A stretch of 64,000 nucleotides of DNA from Bacilli bacterium (lineage in GTDB: Bacteria > Bacillota_I > Bacilli_A > RF39 > UBA660), in NCBI GenBank assembly GCA_031549195.1, contig JAVBQF010000001.1, forward strand, positions 103,218 through 167,217. The letters are read 5' to 3'. The notes below the pieces were generated by a model. It saw only the letters and a program-made list of their open reading frames with translations, was not told the origin of the DNA and did no database searches. Below are positions 10,365 through 20,283 of this stretch, in pieces. The translations under genes were made by a program, and so were the position numbers. Position 1 is the first letter of the stretch; the number at the start of each line of letters is the position of its first letter.

Positions 10365-12677
10365 ATGTTTTCAAAATTTAGTGAAGAAGCAAGACGTGTT
10401 TTAGCAGGAGCCAAAAAAGAAATGAGTAATCTTAAGCATCCATATGTAGGAAGCGAACATTTAATTCTTTCAATATTAAATAATAAGAATAGTTCTATTA
10501 CAAAGAAGCTATTAGAATATAATCTTACTTATAATAAGTTTAAAGAAGAAATTATAAATATAATTGGAGTTGGAAGTGAGGCTAATAGTTGGTTTTTATA
10601 CACACCTTTGTTGAAAAGAGTTATAGAAGAAGCAATTATTGATAGTAAAGAAAATAATGATAATGAAGTAACAACAGAACATTTATTTTTGGCAATGCTT
10701 GAAGAGGGAGAAGGTGTTGCTATTAGAATAATGATAAGCATGGGAATTAATATTGATGAATTATATAATGATTTTTCTGCTAAAACCACAATAAGAAAAA
10801 GTAAAACAAAGAAAAAGTTACTAATCGATGAGTTTGGCTATGATATGAATAAGAAAGTATTAGCCAATGAGGTTGATCCAGTAATAGGTAGAGATGAAGA
10901 AGTAGAAAGAATGGTAGAAATACTTTGCAGAAGGACTAAGAACAATCCGTTACTAATTGGAGAAGCCGGTGTTGGTAAAAGTGCTTTGGTTGAAGAACTA
11001 TCGAGAAGGATTGTAGTTGGTAATGTGCCACTTAAGCTCAAAAATAAAAGAATAATATCTATAGCAATGTCTAGTTTAGTTTCAGGTACCAAATATAGAG
11101 GAGAATTCGAAGATAGAATAACAAAAATATTAAAAGAAGTAGAAACAGATGACAGTGTTATTATGTTTATCGATGAAATTCACACATTAGTTGGTGCTGG
11201 TGGAGCAGAAGGTGCAATAGATGCATCAAATATTTTAAAACCTTCCTTAGCAAGAGGAAAGATAAAAGTAATTGGTGCAACAACAGTTTCGGAATACAAA
11301 AAGTTTATAGAAGACGATAGAGCTTTAGCAAGACGTTTTCAGACAGTTATGATTGAAGAGCCCACTAAAGATAAGGTGTATGATATTCTTTATAATTTAA
11401 GGCCAATATATGAGAGCTTTCATGGGGTGAAAATAGAAGATGATATGCTGAAGATGATTGTAGATTTATCAGATAAATATATATATGATAGAAAACAACC
11501 TGATAAGGCAATAGATATATTAGATGAGGTATCATCTAAGGTATCAATATCAAAGGATAATAAATTAGCTAAACTTGATTACTATAAAACAATATTAAAA
11601 GACATTATTCAAAATAAAAATGACGCTATAATAATAAGTGATTTTTCTAAGGCAGCAATATTAAAAGAAGAAGAAAAAAAACTAGAAGACAAAATAAATA
11701 AATTAGAATATAAACAGATGGTAAAAAAAGATATTAAAATGGTTACAAAAGAAATGATTGCAGAAGTAATAAAACTAAAGACAAAAATACCTGTTTATGA
11801 ATTAATTAGTGATAGTAATGATAATCTAAAAAAGTTAGAAAGTAGTTTGAAACAATCAATTATTGGTCAAGACATGGCAATTAAAACGTTATGTATTATA
11901 ACTAAAAGGATAAGATTGGGCTTCAAGGATAATAATAGACCTGTTTCATTGCTGTTAGTCGGACCAACTGGTGTTGGTAAAACATATATGGTTAAAGAGT
12001 ATAATAAAGTACTATTCAACGAAGATAATTTAATAAGACTTGATATGAGTGAGTATAAAGAGGAACATACAATAAGTAAAATAATAGGGTCACCTCCTGG
12101 ATATGTTGGATTTCAAAATAAAAATACAGTACTAGATGAAATAAAAAATAAACCACATGGAATAATTCTACTTGATGAAATTGAAAAAGCCCATTCCTCA
12201 GTCATTAATTTGTTTTTACAAATACTAGATGAAGGTAAAATTAAGGACTCAGCTGGTAATATTCATAGATTTGATAATAATATGATAATAATGACTTCTA
12301 ATTTGGGATGTTCAAAAGGAAGCATTGGTTTTAACAATAAAAAGAGTCAGTATATAATGGATAAAGTTAAGGAATTTTTAAGTGTTGAATTTGTTAATAG
12401 AATAGATAATGTTATAGTATTCAATGCGTTTAATCATAAAGATATGGAATTAATTGTATCAAATAAACTAAGAGATATTAAAAGTAAATTTTTAAATAAT
12501 GATATAAAGGATATTAAAATTAATAAGGCAGTCATTAATGAAATAATAGAATTATCTGAATATGAGGTGTATGGTGCTAGAAGAGTTGGAAAAATAATAA
12601 CTGAAAAAATAGATGATATTATTATAAATAATATTATAGACGGAAATAAAAATATTAAAATAGAAACTATTAAATAG
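10365..12677 (+). CDS. clpC: ATP-dependent Clp protease ATP-binding subunit ClpC-type (class I Hsp100)
   Basis: SD AAGGAGA, ATG 10365. Two Clp_N repeats, two AAA modules (GEAGVGKS...FIDEIH; GPTGVGKT...LLDEIEKAH), and a UVR-like linker. Confidence 0.92.
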   Translation: MFSKFSEEARRVLAGAKKEMSNLKHPYVGSEHLILSILNNKNSSITKKLLEYNLTYNKFKEEIINIIGVGSEANSWFLYTPLLKRVIEEAIIDSKENNDNEVTTEHLFLAMLEEGEGVAIRIMISMGINIDELYNDFSAKTTIRKSKTKKKLLIDEFGYDMNKKVLANEVDPVIGRDEEVERMVEILCRRTKNNPLLIGEAGVGKSALVEELSRRIVVGNVPLKLKNKRIISIAMSSLVSGTKYRGEFEDRITKILKEVETDDSVIMFIDEIHTLVGAGGAEGAIDASNILKPSLARGKIKVIGATTVSEYKKFIEDDRALARRFQTVMIEEPTKDKVYDILYNLRPIYESFHGVKIEDDMLKMIVDLSDKYIYDRKQPDKAIDILDEVSSKVSISKDNKLAKLDYYKTILKDIIQNKNDAIIISDFSKAAILKEEEKKLEDKINKLEYKQMVKKDIKMVTKEMIAEVIKLKTKIPVYELISDSNDNLKKLESSLKQSIIGQDMAIKTLCIITKRIRLGFKDNNRPVSLLLVGPTGVGKTYMVKEYNKVLFNEDNLIRLDMSEYKEEHTISKIIGSPPGYVGFQNKNTVLDEIKNKPHGIILLDEIEKAHSSVINLFLQILDEGKIKDSAGNIHRFDNNMIIMTSNLGCSKGSIGFNNKKSQYIMDKVKEFLSVEFVNRIDNVIVFNAFNHKDMELIVSNKLRDIKSKFLNNDIKDIKINKAVINEIIELSEYEVYGARRVGKIITEKIDDIIINNIIDGNKNIKIETIK

Positions 12678-12764
12678 AAGAGAGAGAGTTAATGCATAAA
12701 TTAACTATATAAAACTCTTTTTTTTTGCTATAATTATTATACATATAAATACTTGGAGGCAATT

Positions 12765-13869
12765 ATGGAACTGTATGAAATAAGAAAAGAGTTAAATAGA
12801 AGTAAACAACAGATAGAAGACTTATGGAGGTCACTTTGACGTTGACAATAAAAGTATAAAAATAAAAGAGTTAGAGAAAATGATGAGTGAATCTAACTTT
12901 TGGGATGATAAATCTAAAGCTGAATTAGTTATTGCAGAATTAAACAATCTTAGAAGCCTGATTGTCAAGATTACAGAGTTGAGTGTTAAAGTTAATGGAG
13001 ACATAGATTTATTAGAAGAGTTAGACCTATCTTTTGATAGTGATATTTTTGATATGCTAGAAGCTGATACAAATGAAGTAACTGAATCAGTTGATAAGCT
13101 ATCTGTTTTATTGCTACTTAATGGTCCATATGATAAAAACAACTGTATATTGGAGGTTCATTCTGGTGCTGGTGGAACAGAGGCATGCGATTGGGCTGCA
13201 ATGCTTTATAGGATGTATACTCGTTTCTGTGAGAAAAAGGGATATAAGTACGAAGTTATAGACTATCAAGATGGTGATGAAACAGGGATTAAAAGTGCAT
13301 CAATTTTAATAAGTGGGACAAATTCATATGGATACTTGAAAAATGAAAAGGGAATACACAGACTAGTTAGACTATCACCTTTTGATTCAAACAATAAAAG
13401 ACATACATCTTTTGCATCTGTTGATGTTACACCAGAATTTGGTACAGATGTCAATATTGTGATAAATGAAAAAGATATTAAAATAGATGTTTATAGAGCA
13501 AGTGGAGCAGGTGGCCAACACGTAAACACCACAGATTCAGCTGTCAGAATAACTCACTTGCCTACCAAAATAGTAGTAACTTGTCAAAATGATAGAAGTC
13601 AAATTCAAAACAAAGAACGTGCGATGAATATGCTTAAAAACAAGCTGAAGCTTTTAGAAATAGAAAAACAAAATGAAGAATTAGCAAAATTAAAAGGAAA
13701 TCACCAAAATATAGAATTTGGTTCTCAAATAAGAAGCTATACACTTCATCCATATTCTTTAATAAAAGATCATAGGACTAACTATGAAAGTGGAAATACA
13801 GCAAAGGTGTTAGATGGGGATATCGATGGATTCATAGAGGCATCTTTAAAAGGAGGTATATATGAATAA
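12765..13869 (+). CDS. prfB: Peptide chain release factor 2, requires a programmed +1 frameshift at 12837
   Basis: ORF0 MELYEIRKELNRSKQQIEDLWRSL ends at TGA 12837-12839. The +1 frame from 12838 (DVDNKSIKIKELEKMMSE..) runs into the track ORF. SPF and GGQ motifs are present. Confidence 0.95.
12826..12840 (+). promoter_or_regulatory. prfB autoregulatory +1 frameshift site
   Basis: Internal SD GGAGG (12826-12830), 3-nt spacer, then CTT TGA C (12834-12840), the canonical RF2 recoding cassette. Confidence 0.93.
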
Positions 13870-14743
13870 AAAATCTTTACTAAATATTGCAAAAGTATAT
13901 AAAAAGTATCGTTTAAAAAGATATTTCCAACTTATAGTCGGATTATTTTCTTTTTCAATTGGTTTTAACTTTTTTATATTGCCTCATGGTTTAGTATCTG
14001 GTGGTGTAAGTGGTTTATCGATAATTACACAATTCTTTTTTGGATGGGATCCATCAGTATTTATATTTATTGTATCGATGTTTCTTTTAATATTTAGTTA
14101 TTTTTTACTTGGTGGTGAAGCAACAAAAGGTTCGGTGTTAGGATCTCTGTTATTACCTTTATTTATAAAATTAACATCAATATTTACACTTTATATAAAA
14201 TTTGATTCTTCAGAATTCTTGTTAACAACAATATTTGGTGGAGTTTTAATTGGTCTAGGTTTAGGATTAGTATTCAAAGGGGGATTTACAACTGGTGGTA
14301 CTGATATAATTAATCAAATTATTAGTAAGTATTTTAATATAAGTATTGGAAATGCTTTATTAATAACTGATAGTATTATTATTGGAATTGGAGCATTAGT
14401 ATTTGGTTTTGGTAATTTAATGTACGCTTTAATTGTTGTCTATATAATTAGTGTGCTTGCAGATAAAGTATTGCTTGGAATATCCGATTCAAAAGCATTT
14501 TATATTGTTACTAATAAAGAAAAAGCTGTTAAAAACCTTATTATGAAAGAGTTGGGGTACAATGTAACAGTATTTAATGCAGAAGGCGGATATAGTAAAG
14601 AAGAACAAAAGGTTATTTTTTCTGTAATACCCACAAAAGAATATTTTAAATTAAAAGAAGGAATCCATTCGATAGATAAAGGAGCTTTCTTTGTTGTAAC
14701 TGATGCTTATGAGGTATTTGGTGGTAATTATAATGAAAAATAA
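13862..14743 (+). CDS. YitT-family membrane protein (C-terminal DUF2179-like domain)
   Basis: 5-6 TM segments with GGVSGLS and GGFTTGGTDI motifs. Soluble C-terminal domain ...VTVFNAEGGYS...VIPTKEY..LK. Confidence 0.7.
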   Translation: MNKKSLLNIAKVYKKYRLKRYFQLIVGLFSFSIGFNFFILPHGLVSGGVSGLSIITQFFFGWDPSVFIFIVSMFLLIFSYFLLGGEATKGSVLGSLLLPLFIKLTSIFTLYIKFDSSEFLLTTIFGGVLIGLGLGLVFKGGFTTGGTDIINQIISKYFNISIGNALLITDSIIIGIGALVFGFGNLMYALIVVYIISVLADKVLLGISDSKAFYIVTNKEKAVKNLIMKELGYNVTVFNAEGGYSKEEQKVIFSVIPTKEYFKLKEGIHSIDKGAFFVVTDAYEVFGGNYNEK

Positions 14744-15602
14744 TATAAAAAAAATACTAGAAGAAAAACAAATATTGAGAAGATACTTAGTTTTATTTTT
14801 AACAATGTTTGTTGGTGCGATTAATTACAATTTGTTTTTAGGACCATTAAAAATAGTTGCAGGAGGGACAAATGGATTATCAATACTTGTTGAAGAAGTA
14901 TTTGGTATGGAACCATCAATGTTTATACTATTATTTTCGATAGTTGTATTGGTATTAAGTATTTTTATTGTAGGGTTTGAAAAGTCTTCGAGTGCACTAG
15001 TTGCAACATTTGTGTATCCGCTATTTGTAGACTGGACATCATCTGTTAATAATATCATTCAAATAGATAGAGCTGATTCTCTTGTTATAGTAATATTAGC
15101 AGGAATAATATCTGGATGGGTAGCGGGTGCTACGTGTAGAGTAGATTTGAGTCAGGGTGGAGTAACATTAATAAGTCAAATGATTTATGAAAAATTTAGA
15201 ATATCAATAAGTAAGACTAACTTTTTTATAAATATGCTGATAATAATTGTTGGAGGTATATGTTTTGGCACGTCAAGTATTCTATATGCTGTAACACTTT
15301 TATATGTAAGTAGTTTAGTTATCGATAAAGTATTACTTGGTATATCAAAAGAAAAAACATTATATATAGTAACTGACAAATATGAGCAAATAAGAAATTA
15401 TATTGTTGATAGTTTAGGATATGGCGTGACAGCATTTAATGCTGAAAGTGGTAGTAATAACAAAAATAAAAAGGTAATCATGACTGCAGTACCGACAAGC
15501 CAATATTTCAAAATAAAAAATAGGATTAAGAAAATTGATAAGGATGTTTTCTTAGTTATAACTGACTCATATCAAGTTGTTGGTGGAAAGCTATCAAACT
15601 AA
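14733..15602 (+). CDS. YitT-family membrane protein, tandem paralog
   Basis: Same architecture as the upstream gene (GGTNGLS, VTAFNAESGSN...AVPTSQY..IK). ATG 14733 overlaps the upstream stop by 11 nt. Confidence 0.7.
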   Translation: MKNNIKKILEEKQILRRYLVLFLTMFVGAINYNLFLGPLKIVAGGTNGLSILVEEVFGMEPSMFILLFSIVVLVLSIFIVGFEKSSSALVATFVYPLFVDWTSSVNNIIQIDRADSLVIVILAGIISGWVAGATCRVDLSQGGVTLISQMIYEKFRISISKTNFFINMLIIIVGGICFGTSSILYAVTLLYVSSLVIDKVLLGISKEKTLYIVTDKYEQIRNYIVDSLGYGVTAFNAESGSNNKNKKVIMTAVPTSQYFKIKNRIKKIDKDVFLVITDSYQVVGGKLSN

Positions 15603-15753
15603 AACGGATAAGGAATTGGTAAACATCTGATTCTTTTTTCTTTGCACTTTTTTACAAATACCATAAAATACCAAGGTTTAAACTGTCTATAATATAGAAA
15701 ATATTGTCGTAATATGCTATAATTAGTTAATGCAAGATAGAGGTGAATTGTAA

Positions 15754-16452
15754 ATGGAATTAATTACATTAAAAAATGTCACAAAGACATATAAAAATGG
15801 TGTTACAGCAATACAAGAGTTAGATCTAAATGTAAAAAAGGGAGACTTTGCCTTTATAATTGGTGGATCAGGCAGTGGTAAATCAACTCTTATTAAGATG
15901 TTATATAGAGAGGAAAAGCCAACAAATGGTCAAATTGTAATAGGTGGTATAAATGTTGCAAAGTTAAGGAATAGCAAAGTATATAAATTGAGAAGAAAGC
16001 TAGGAATAGTGTTTCAAGATTATAGATTATTACCAAAGCTAACTGTTTATGAAAACGTTGCCTTTGCACTTGAAGTTATTGGCGCTAAAAAAAGTGACAT
16101 AAGAGTGCAGACTCTTAAAGCACTTGAATTAGTTGGTCTAAAAAGTAAAATAAGAAATTACCCTGATCAATTATCTGGAGGAGAACAACAACGTGTTGCA
16201 ATTGCAAGAGCTATTGTTAATAATCCTAAACTATTAATATGCGATGAACCAACAGGAAACTTAGACCCGGATATGAGTCTTGAGATAGTGAAGGTATTAG
16301 AGCAAATAAATAAAAATATGGGGACAACTATAATCATGGCAACACATGATAAAGAAATAGTTAATAAGATGAAAAAAAGAGTAATTATTTTAAAAGATGG
16401 ACGATTAATTAAAGAATATGAGAAAGGAAAGTATGATAATGAAGCCATTTAG
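15754..16452 (+). CDS. ftsE: Cell-division ABC ATPase FtsE
   Basis: Walker A GGSGSGKST, signature LSGGEQQRVAIARA, Walker B LLICDEPTGNLD. Followed by ftsX. Confidence 0.93.
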   Translation: MELITLKNVTKTYKNGVTAIQELDLNVKKGDFAFIIGGSGSGKSTLIKMLYREEKPTNGQIVIGGINVAKLRNSKVYKLRRKLGIVFQDYRLLPKLTVYENVAFALEVIGAKKSDIRVQTLKALELVGLKSKIRNYPDQLSGGEQQRVAIARAIVNNPKLLICDEPTGNLDPDMSLEIVKVLEQINKNMGTTIIMATHDKEIVNKMKKRVIILKDGRLIKEYEKGKYDNEAI

Positions 16453-17338
16453 AATGTTTGGAAGAAGCATAAGAGATGCTTTTAAAAGTGTAGGAAGAAA
16501 TTTTACTTTATCATTAGCGTCTATTACATGTATAACTATAACTTTATTAATTGTTGCAATGGCTTTAATCGCATCATTTAGTGTTCAAAATTTCTCAAAA
16601 GAAATAAAAGAAGATGTAACAATGGTGGTTTTCTTAAAGCTTGAAGTTGAAGACGATGAATTAAAGGTGTTTGAAAGTGAATTGGATAAAATAGAAAATA
16701 TTGATTCATACACATTAAAAACAGGTGAAAAACAAAAAGAAGAGTTAATAGAAGAGGATCCTTTTTGGAAAAGTGTTCTTAGTACTTTAGGAGAGGAAGA
16801 CAAAGTATTTCATCATAGCTACTTAGTCAAAGTAAAAGATATATTAAGCATCAATGATACAGCAGATAAAATTAAGAACATTACTAATGCTGAAACAGTT
16901 AATTATGGAGAAGCAATGGTTAAACAGTTAGTTAGTGCTTTTAGCTTAATTGAAAAGATTACATTCGTTTTAGTAATAGTGTTAGTTGTGGTAACAATAT
17001 TCTTGATTGTTAATACTATTAAGTTGACTATATTCTCAAGGAAAAGAGAAATATCTATTATGAGAGTAGTTGGTGCATCTAATATAACTATAAAGACTCC
17101 TTTTGTAATTGAAGGAATGCTTATAGGAATACTTGGTTCAATTATTCCTATTGCAATTACTATCTATGGCTATATTGCTCTTTATGATCGATTTGATGGA
17201 AAATTGTTCTCACCATTATTTCAATTAATTAAACCTGAGCCATTTGTATATATGATATCTCTTGTTATACTAGGGCTTGGTATTATAGTTGGTATGTTTG
17301 GGTCAGCTCGTGCAGTAAGAAAGTATTTAAAAGTATGA
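16439..17338 (+). CDS. ftsX: Cell-division permease-like protein FtsX
   Basis: 4 TM segments with a large extracytoplasmic loop between TM1 and TM2. Overlaps the ftsE stop. Alternative ATGs at 16418 and 16433. Confidence 0.9.
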   Translation: MKPFRMFGRSIRDAFKSVGRNFTLSLASITCITITLLIVAMALIASFSVQNFSKEIKEDVTMVVFLKLEVEDDELKVFESELDKIENIDSYTLKTGEKQKEELIEEDPFWKSVLSTLGEEDKVFHHSYLVKVKDILSINDTADKIKNITNAETVNYGEAMVKQLVSAFSLIEKITFVLVIVLVVVTIFLIVNTIKLTIFSRKREISIMRVVGASNITIKTPFVIEGMLIGILGSIIPIAITIYGYIALYDRFDGKLFSPLFQLIKPEPFVYMISLVILGLGIIVGMFGSARAVRKYLKV

Positions 17339-18534
17339 AAAAGCTATTAAGTATATTATTAATAGTAGCAGTTTTAATTTCTCTTCTGCCAAGTGGTGCG
17401 TATGCAATTACACTTGGGGAATATGAACAGAAATTAAATAAATATGAAACAGATGCTAAAAATAACCAAAATGCCATAAATAGAACAGAGTCTGAAATAA
17501 ATTCAGCAAATAGAGAAATAGACAATCTTAAACAAGAGATGATTGATTTAAGCAAAGAAATAGTTAAGCTTGACGAAGAGATAAAAGAATATAATCAAAA
17601 AATAAAAGATAAAATTTTACAATCAAGACAATTGTTGGAATATTTACAATTATCAAGTGGAGAAAATGCTTATTTAAATTATGTTTTTGAAGCCGAGACT
17701 CCTACTGATTTAATTTATAGAGCAGCAGTAGTGCAACAAATGGCTGATTATAACGAAAAAGTGATGACTGAACTTGAAGAAATGATTAAGAAAAATGAAG
17801 AAAGACAAGTTGAAATAGATAAAAGGCAAAAAGAAATTGATAAAAAGGAAGTACAGCTTCAAGACAAACTTGTTTATCTTGGTAATGAAAAAGTTAGTTT
17901 AAAAGAAACATCTGTATCCGTTGCACAGCAGATTAAAATTTATCAAGAAATTGTAAATGCTTATAAAAAAGTTGGATGTAAATCAACAGATGTTATTGGT
18001 GTTGATTGTGCCACTAATGGAGATGCTGGATTGTTTAGAAGACCAACAACATCTGGTTATGTTACTTCTGAATTCGGATGGCGTGGTGGATCCTTCCATA
18101 GAGGACTTGATGTAGGAAGTAGTAAGGGAAGAGGAGAAAAGATATATCCTATTGCTAATGGTACAATAATAGCTAAATATTATGATTATTATGGAGCATT
18201 AACATTAGCAATTGAACATTATAGTGCTGTTAAAAATCAATGGTATACATCTCTTTATGTTCATATGTCATCTTATGCTCCTGATCTATATGTTGGTAAA
18301 AAAGTAACTTCAGATCAATATATTGGATATATGGGAGATACTGGTTATGCATTTGGTGTTCATTTGCATATAGAAGTGGCTGCTTGTCGTCTATATAATT
18401 TAAATGATTCTAACTGTAGCTCTTGGGCAAAATATGTATCATTTGTAGAGAAACAAGCAAGTAAAGGATTTAAGGGTGCAAGAGGACTTATAACATTCCC
18501 AAATGGAACGTATAATAGTTGGTATTCAAGATAG
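17335..18534 (+). CDS. Secreted coiled-coil + M23 (LytM) metallopeptidase, likely the FtsEX-coupled peptidoglycan hydrolase
   Basis: ATGA overlap with ftsX. Signal peptide, about 200 aa of heptad-rich coiled coil, then an M23 domain with intact HxxxD (FHRGLDVG) and HxH (HLHIEV). Confidence 0.85.
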   Translation: MKKLLSILLIVAVLISLLPSGAYAITLGEYEQKLNKYETDAKNNQNAINRTESEINSANREIDNLKQEMIDLSKEIVKLDEEIKEYNQKIKDKILQSRQLLEYLQLSSGENAYLNYVFEAETPTDLIYRAAVVQQMADYNEKVMTELEEMIKKNEERQVEIDKRQKEIDKKEVQLQDKLVYLGNEKVSLKETSVSVAQQIKIYQEIVNAYKKVGCKSTDVIGVDCATNGDAGLFRRPTTSGYVTSEFGWRGGSFHRGLDVGSSKGRGEKIYPIANGTIIAKYYDYYGALTLAIEHYSAVKNQWYTSLYVHMSSYAPDLYVGKKVTSDQYIGYMGDTGYAFGVHLHIEVAACRLYNLNDSNCSSWAKYVSFVEKQASKGFKGARGLITFPNGTYNSWYSR

Positions 18535-18555
18535 AGACGGTTGTCTCTTTTTCTG
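18533..18555 (+). terminator. Rho-independent terminator after the M23 gene
   Basis: AGAGAC-GGTT-GTCTCT followed by TTTTTC. Confidence 0.75.
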
Positions 18556-18587
18556 TTATAATAGAATTAATTGTGAGGTGAATAAGC

Positions 18588-20222
18588 GTGTTTCAAGATT
18601 TTAATGCGATGATAGAATGTTATATGCCTCATATGATAAACTCCTTTGTTGAACAACTAGGTGAAGATGGCGAGACATATAGTGCACGGTTTGAAAGAAG
18701 AGCAAAAGAGATAAAAAGAAAGTTTGTTATTACAGAAAAGGATATGGATAATTTTTTTAAAACTCATTTTCCGCATAATTGTATAGATATTATAGTTTCT
18801 TTTTACAAAGAAAAGGGAATAGATATATATGATGAGTTAAAAGAAAAATTTGGTGGCAAAATTGCATATAGTGTCTTAAATACTTTTGCTGCTTATTCTT
18901 TTGCGACTGCTATTACTGGTGTAAATGGAGAAGCATCTCTTTCTATTGATGATACAAAAGGAGTATTTGGTTTTTTAGATAAAAATAAAATAGGCGATTC
19001 TGATGCTCGAGATAAATTCCTAAGTTTTTTTGGTTTAACAGCTGAAAATTTAACAACTGAACAAGTACATTTATTTAGAGATTTAGCAGAATATTCCCAT
19101 AGTAAAGTCCTAAATTTAATAGATTACTATAAAGGTATGCAACAAAAATTTTCAGAAATAAAAGCTAAGACAAGTCCAATCTATTTAGAACAACTTAGAT
19201 TAATGTTTAAAGAAGTAAAAAACTTTTTGCCAGAAGAAGATAGAAATACAATAGGAGAAGATGCTGGATTTGATCCAACAAAATTAACTTCATTTGCTCT
19301 TTTTAAATCACAAGGGCTTCCGTTTGAAATAAAGCAAGGGGAGTCTTTAATATCAACAGAAACTTCCAGTATGGTTAATTCAAAGATTGGCAAGTATAAA
19401 ACTAACTATTATAAAAAAGCATTAAAACACCTTATTCTTGATGTAGATGAAAATTACGAAGTAACAAATGAAGATTTAGATACTTATATGGAGCAGTTTT
19501 ACAATAGAGAAGTAGATGGAGTATACAGTGTTGATGATGATACTATATATATAAGACCATATAGTAATATTTATCAATTTGAGAAATACTTACAACACGA
19601 ATATGGACATGCTTTTGGATTGAACACTGAAAGAAGACAAGATGGTGTATGGGATGTTAAACTTGGTGATGAAAAATATTTGTGTGAGTCAAAAATACCA
19701 GTGGATTACAATGAAGACTATTGTAAATATGTTATTGGTTCAAGATGTTTTAATGAGGCAAGAGTAGAATTGATGGCTAGGGAAAGGGTTTTGTCAATAT
19801 GGGAAAAAGGAATCAATATTGGAATAAAGCCACCCGTGGGAATAGTAGATGCTTTTGCATCATATCATGAAGAAATAGATTATTTATTACCAATTCTAAG
19901 CGCTTTACCAAAAAGAAGTGTTAAAGCTCAGTTTGATAGCGATTTAGGGGAATTACTTGAGTTTATTACAAAGGAAGAGCTTAACTCTCTTGATCAGTTA
20001 GTAGAACAAAAAATTGAAGATGGACAATTATCAACAGGAACTATAACAGCTTGGCCTAATGTTAACCTTGTTGCAAGAGAAGTAGTAAACGTTGGGAGTG
20101 GCCAAAAGACTTCAGATTGGTATCAAAATTATACTCAAGTTGAAGACTCATCACCACTAGATGATGCGATTAATCAGATAGCAGAAAATGTTAAGAATAG
20201 GGCTGCTCCTAAAAGTGTTTGA
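18588..20222 (+). CDS. Hypothetical cytoplasmic protein with an HExxH...NEA (gluzincin-like) metalloprotease signature
   Basis: GTG start after GAGGTG. HEYGH at nt 19596-19610, and CFNEARVE 49 residues downstream. No signal peptide or TM segment. Confidence 0.4.
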   Translation: MFQDFNAMIECYMPHMINSFVEQLGEDGETYSARFERRAKEIKRKFVITEKDMDNFFKTHFPHNCIDIIVSFYKEKGIDIYDELKEKFGGKIAYSVLNTFAAYSFATAITGVNGEASLSIDDTKGVFGFLDKNKIGDSDARDKFLSFFGLTAENLTTEQVHLFRDLAEYSHSKVLNLIDYYKGMQQKFSEIKAKTSPIYLEQLRLMFKEVKNFLPEEDRNTIGEDAGFDPTKLTSFALFKSQGLPFEIKQGESLISTETSSMVNSKIGKYKTNYYKKALKHLILDVDENYEVTNEDLDTYMEQFYNREVDGVYSVDDDTIYIRPYSNIYQFEKYLQHEYGHAFGLNTERRQDGVWDVKLGDEKYLCESKIPVDYNEDYCKYVIGSRCFNEARVELMARERVLSIWEKGINIGIKPPVGIVDAFASYHEEIDYLLPILSALPKRSVKAQFDSDLGELLEFITKEELNSLDQLVEQKIEDGQLSTGTITAWPNVNLVAREVVNVGSGQKTSDWYQNYTQVEDSSPLDDAINQIAENVKNRAAPKSV

Positions 20223-20283
20223 GAATATATTAATACATAGATATTTGTACTATTATGTAGAAAGTATGCTAATATAGTATTAG

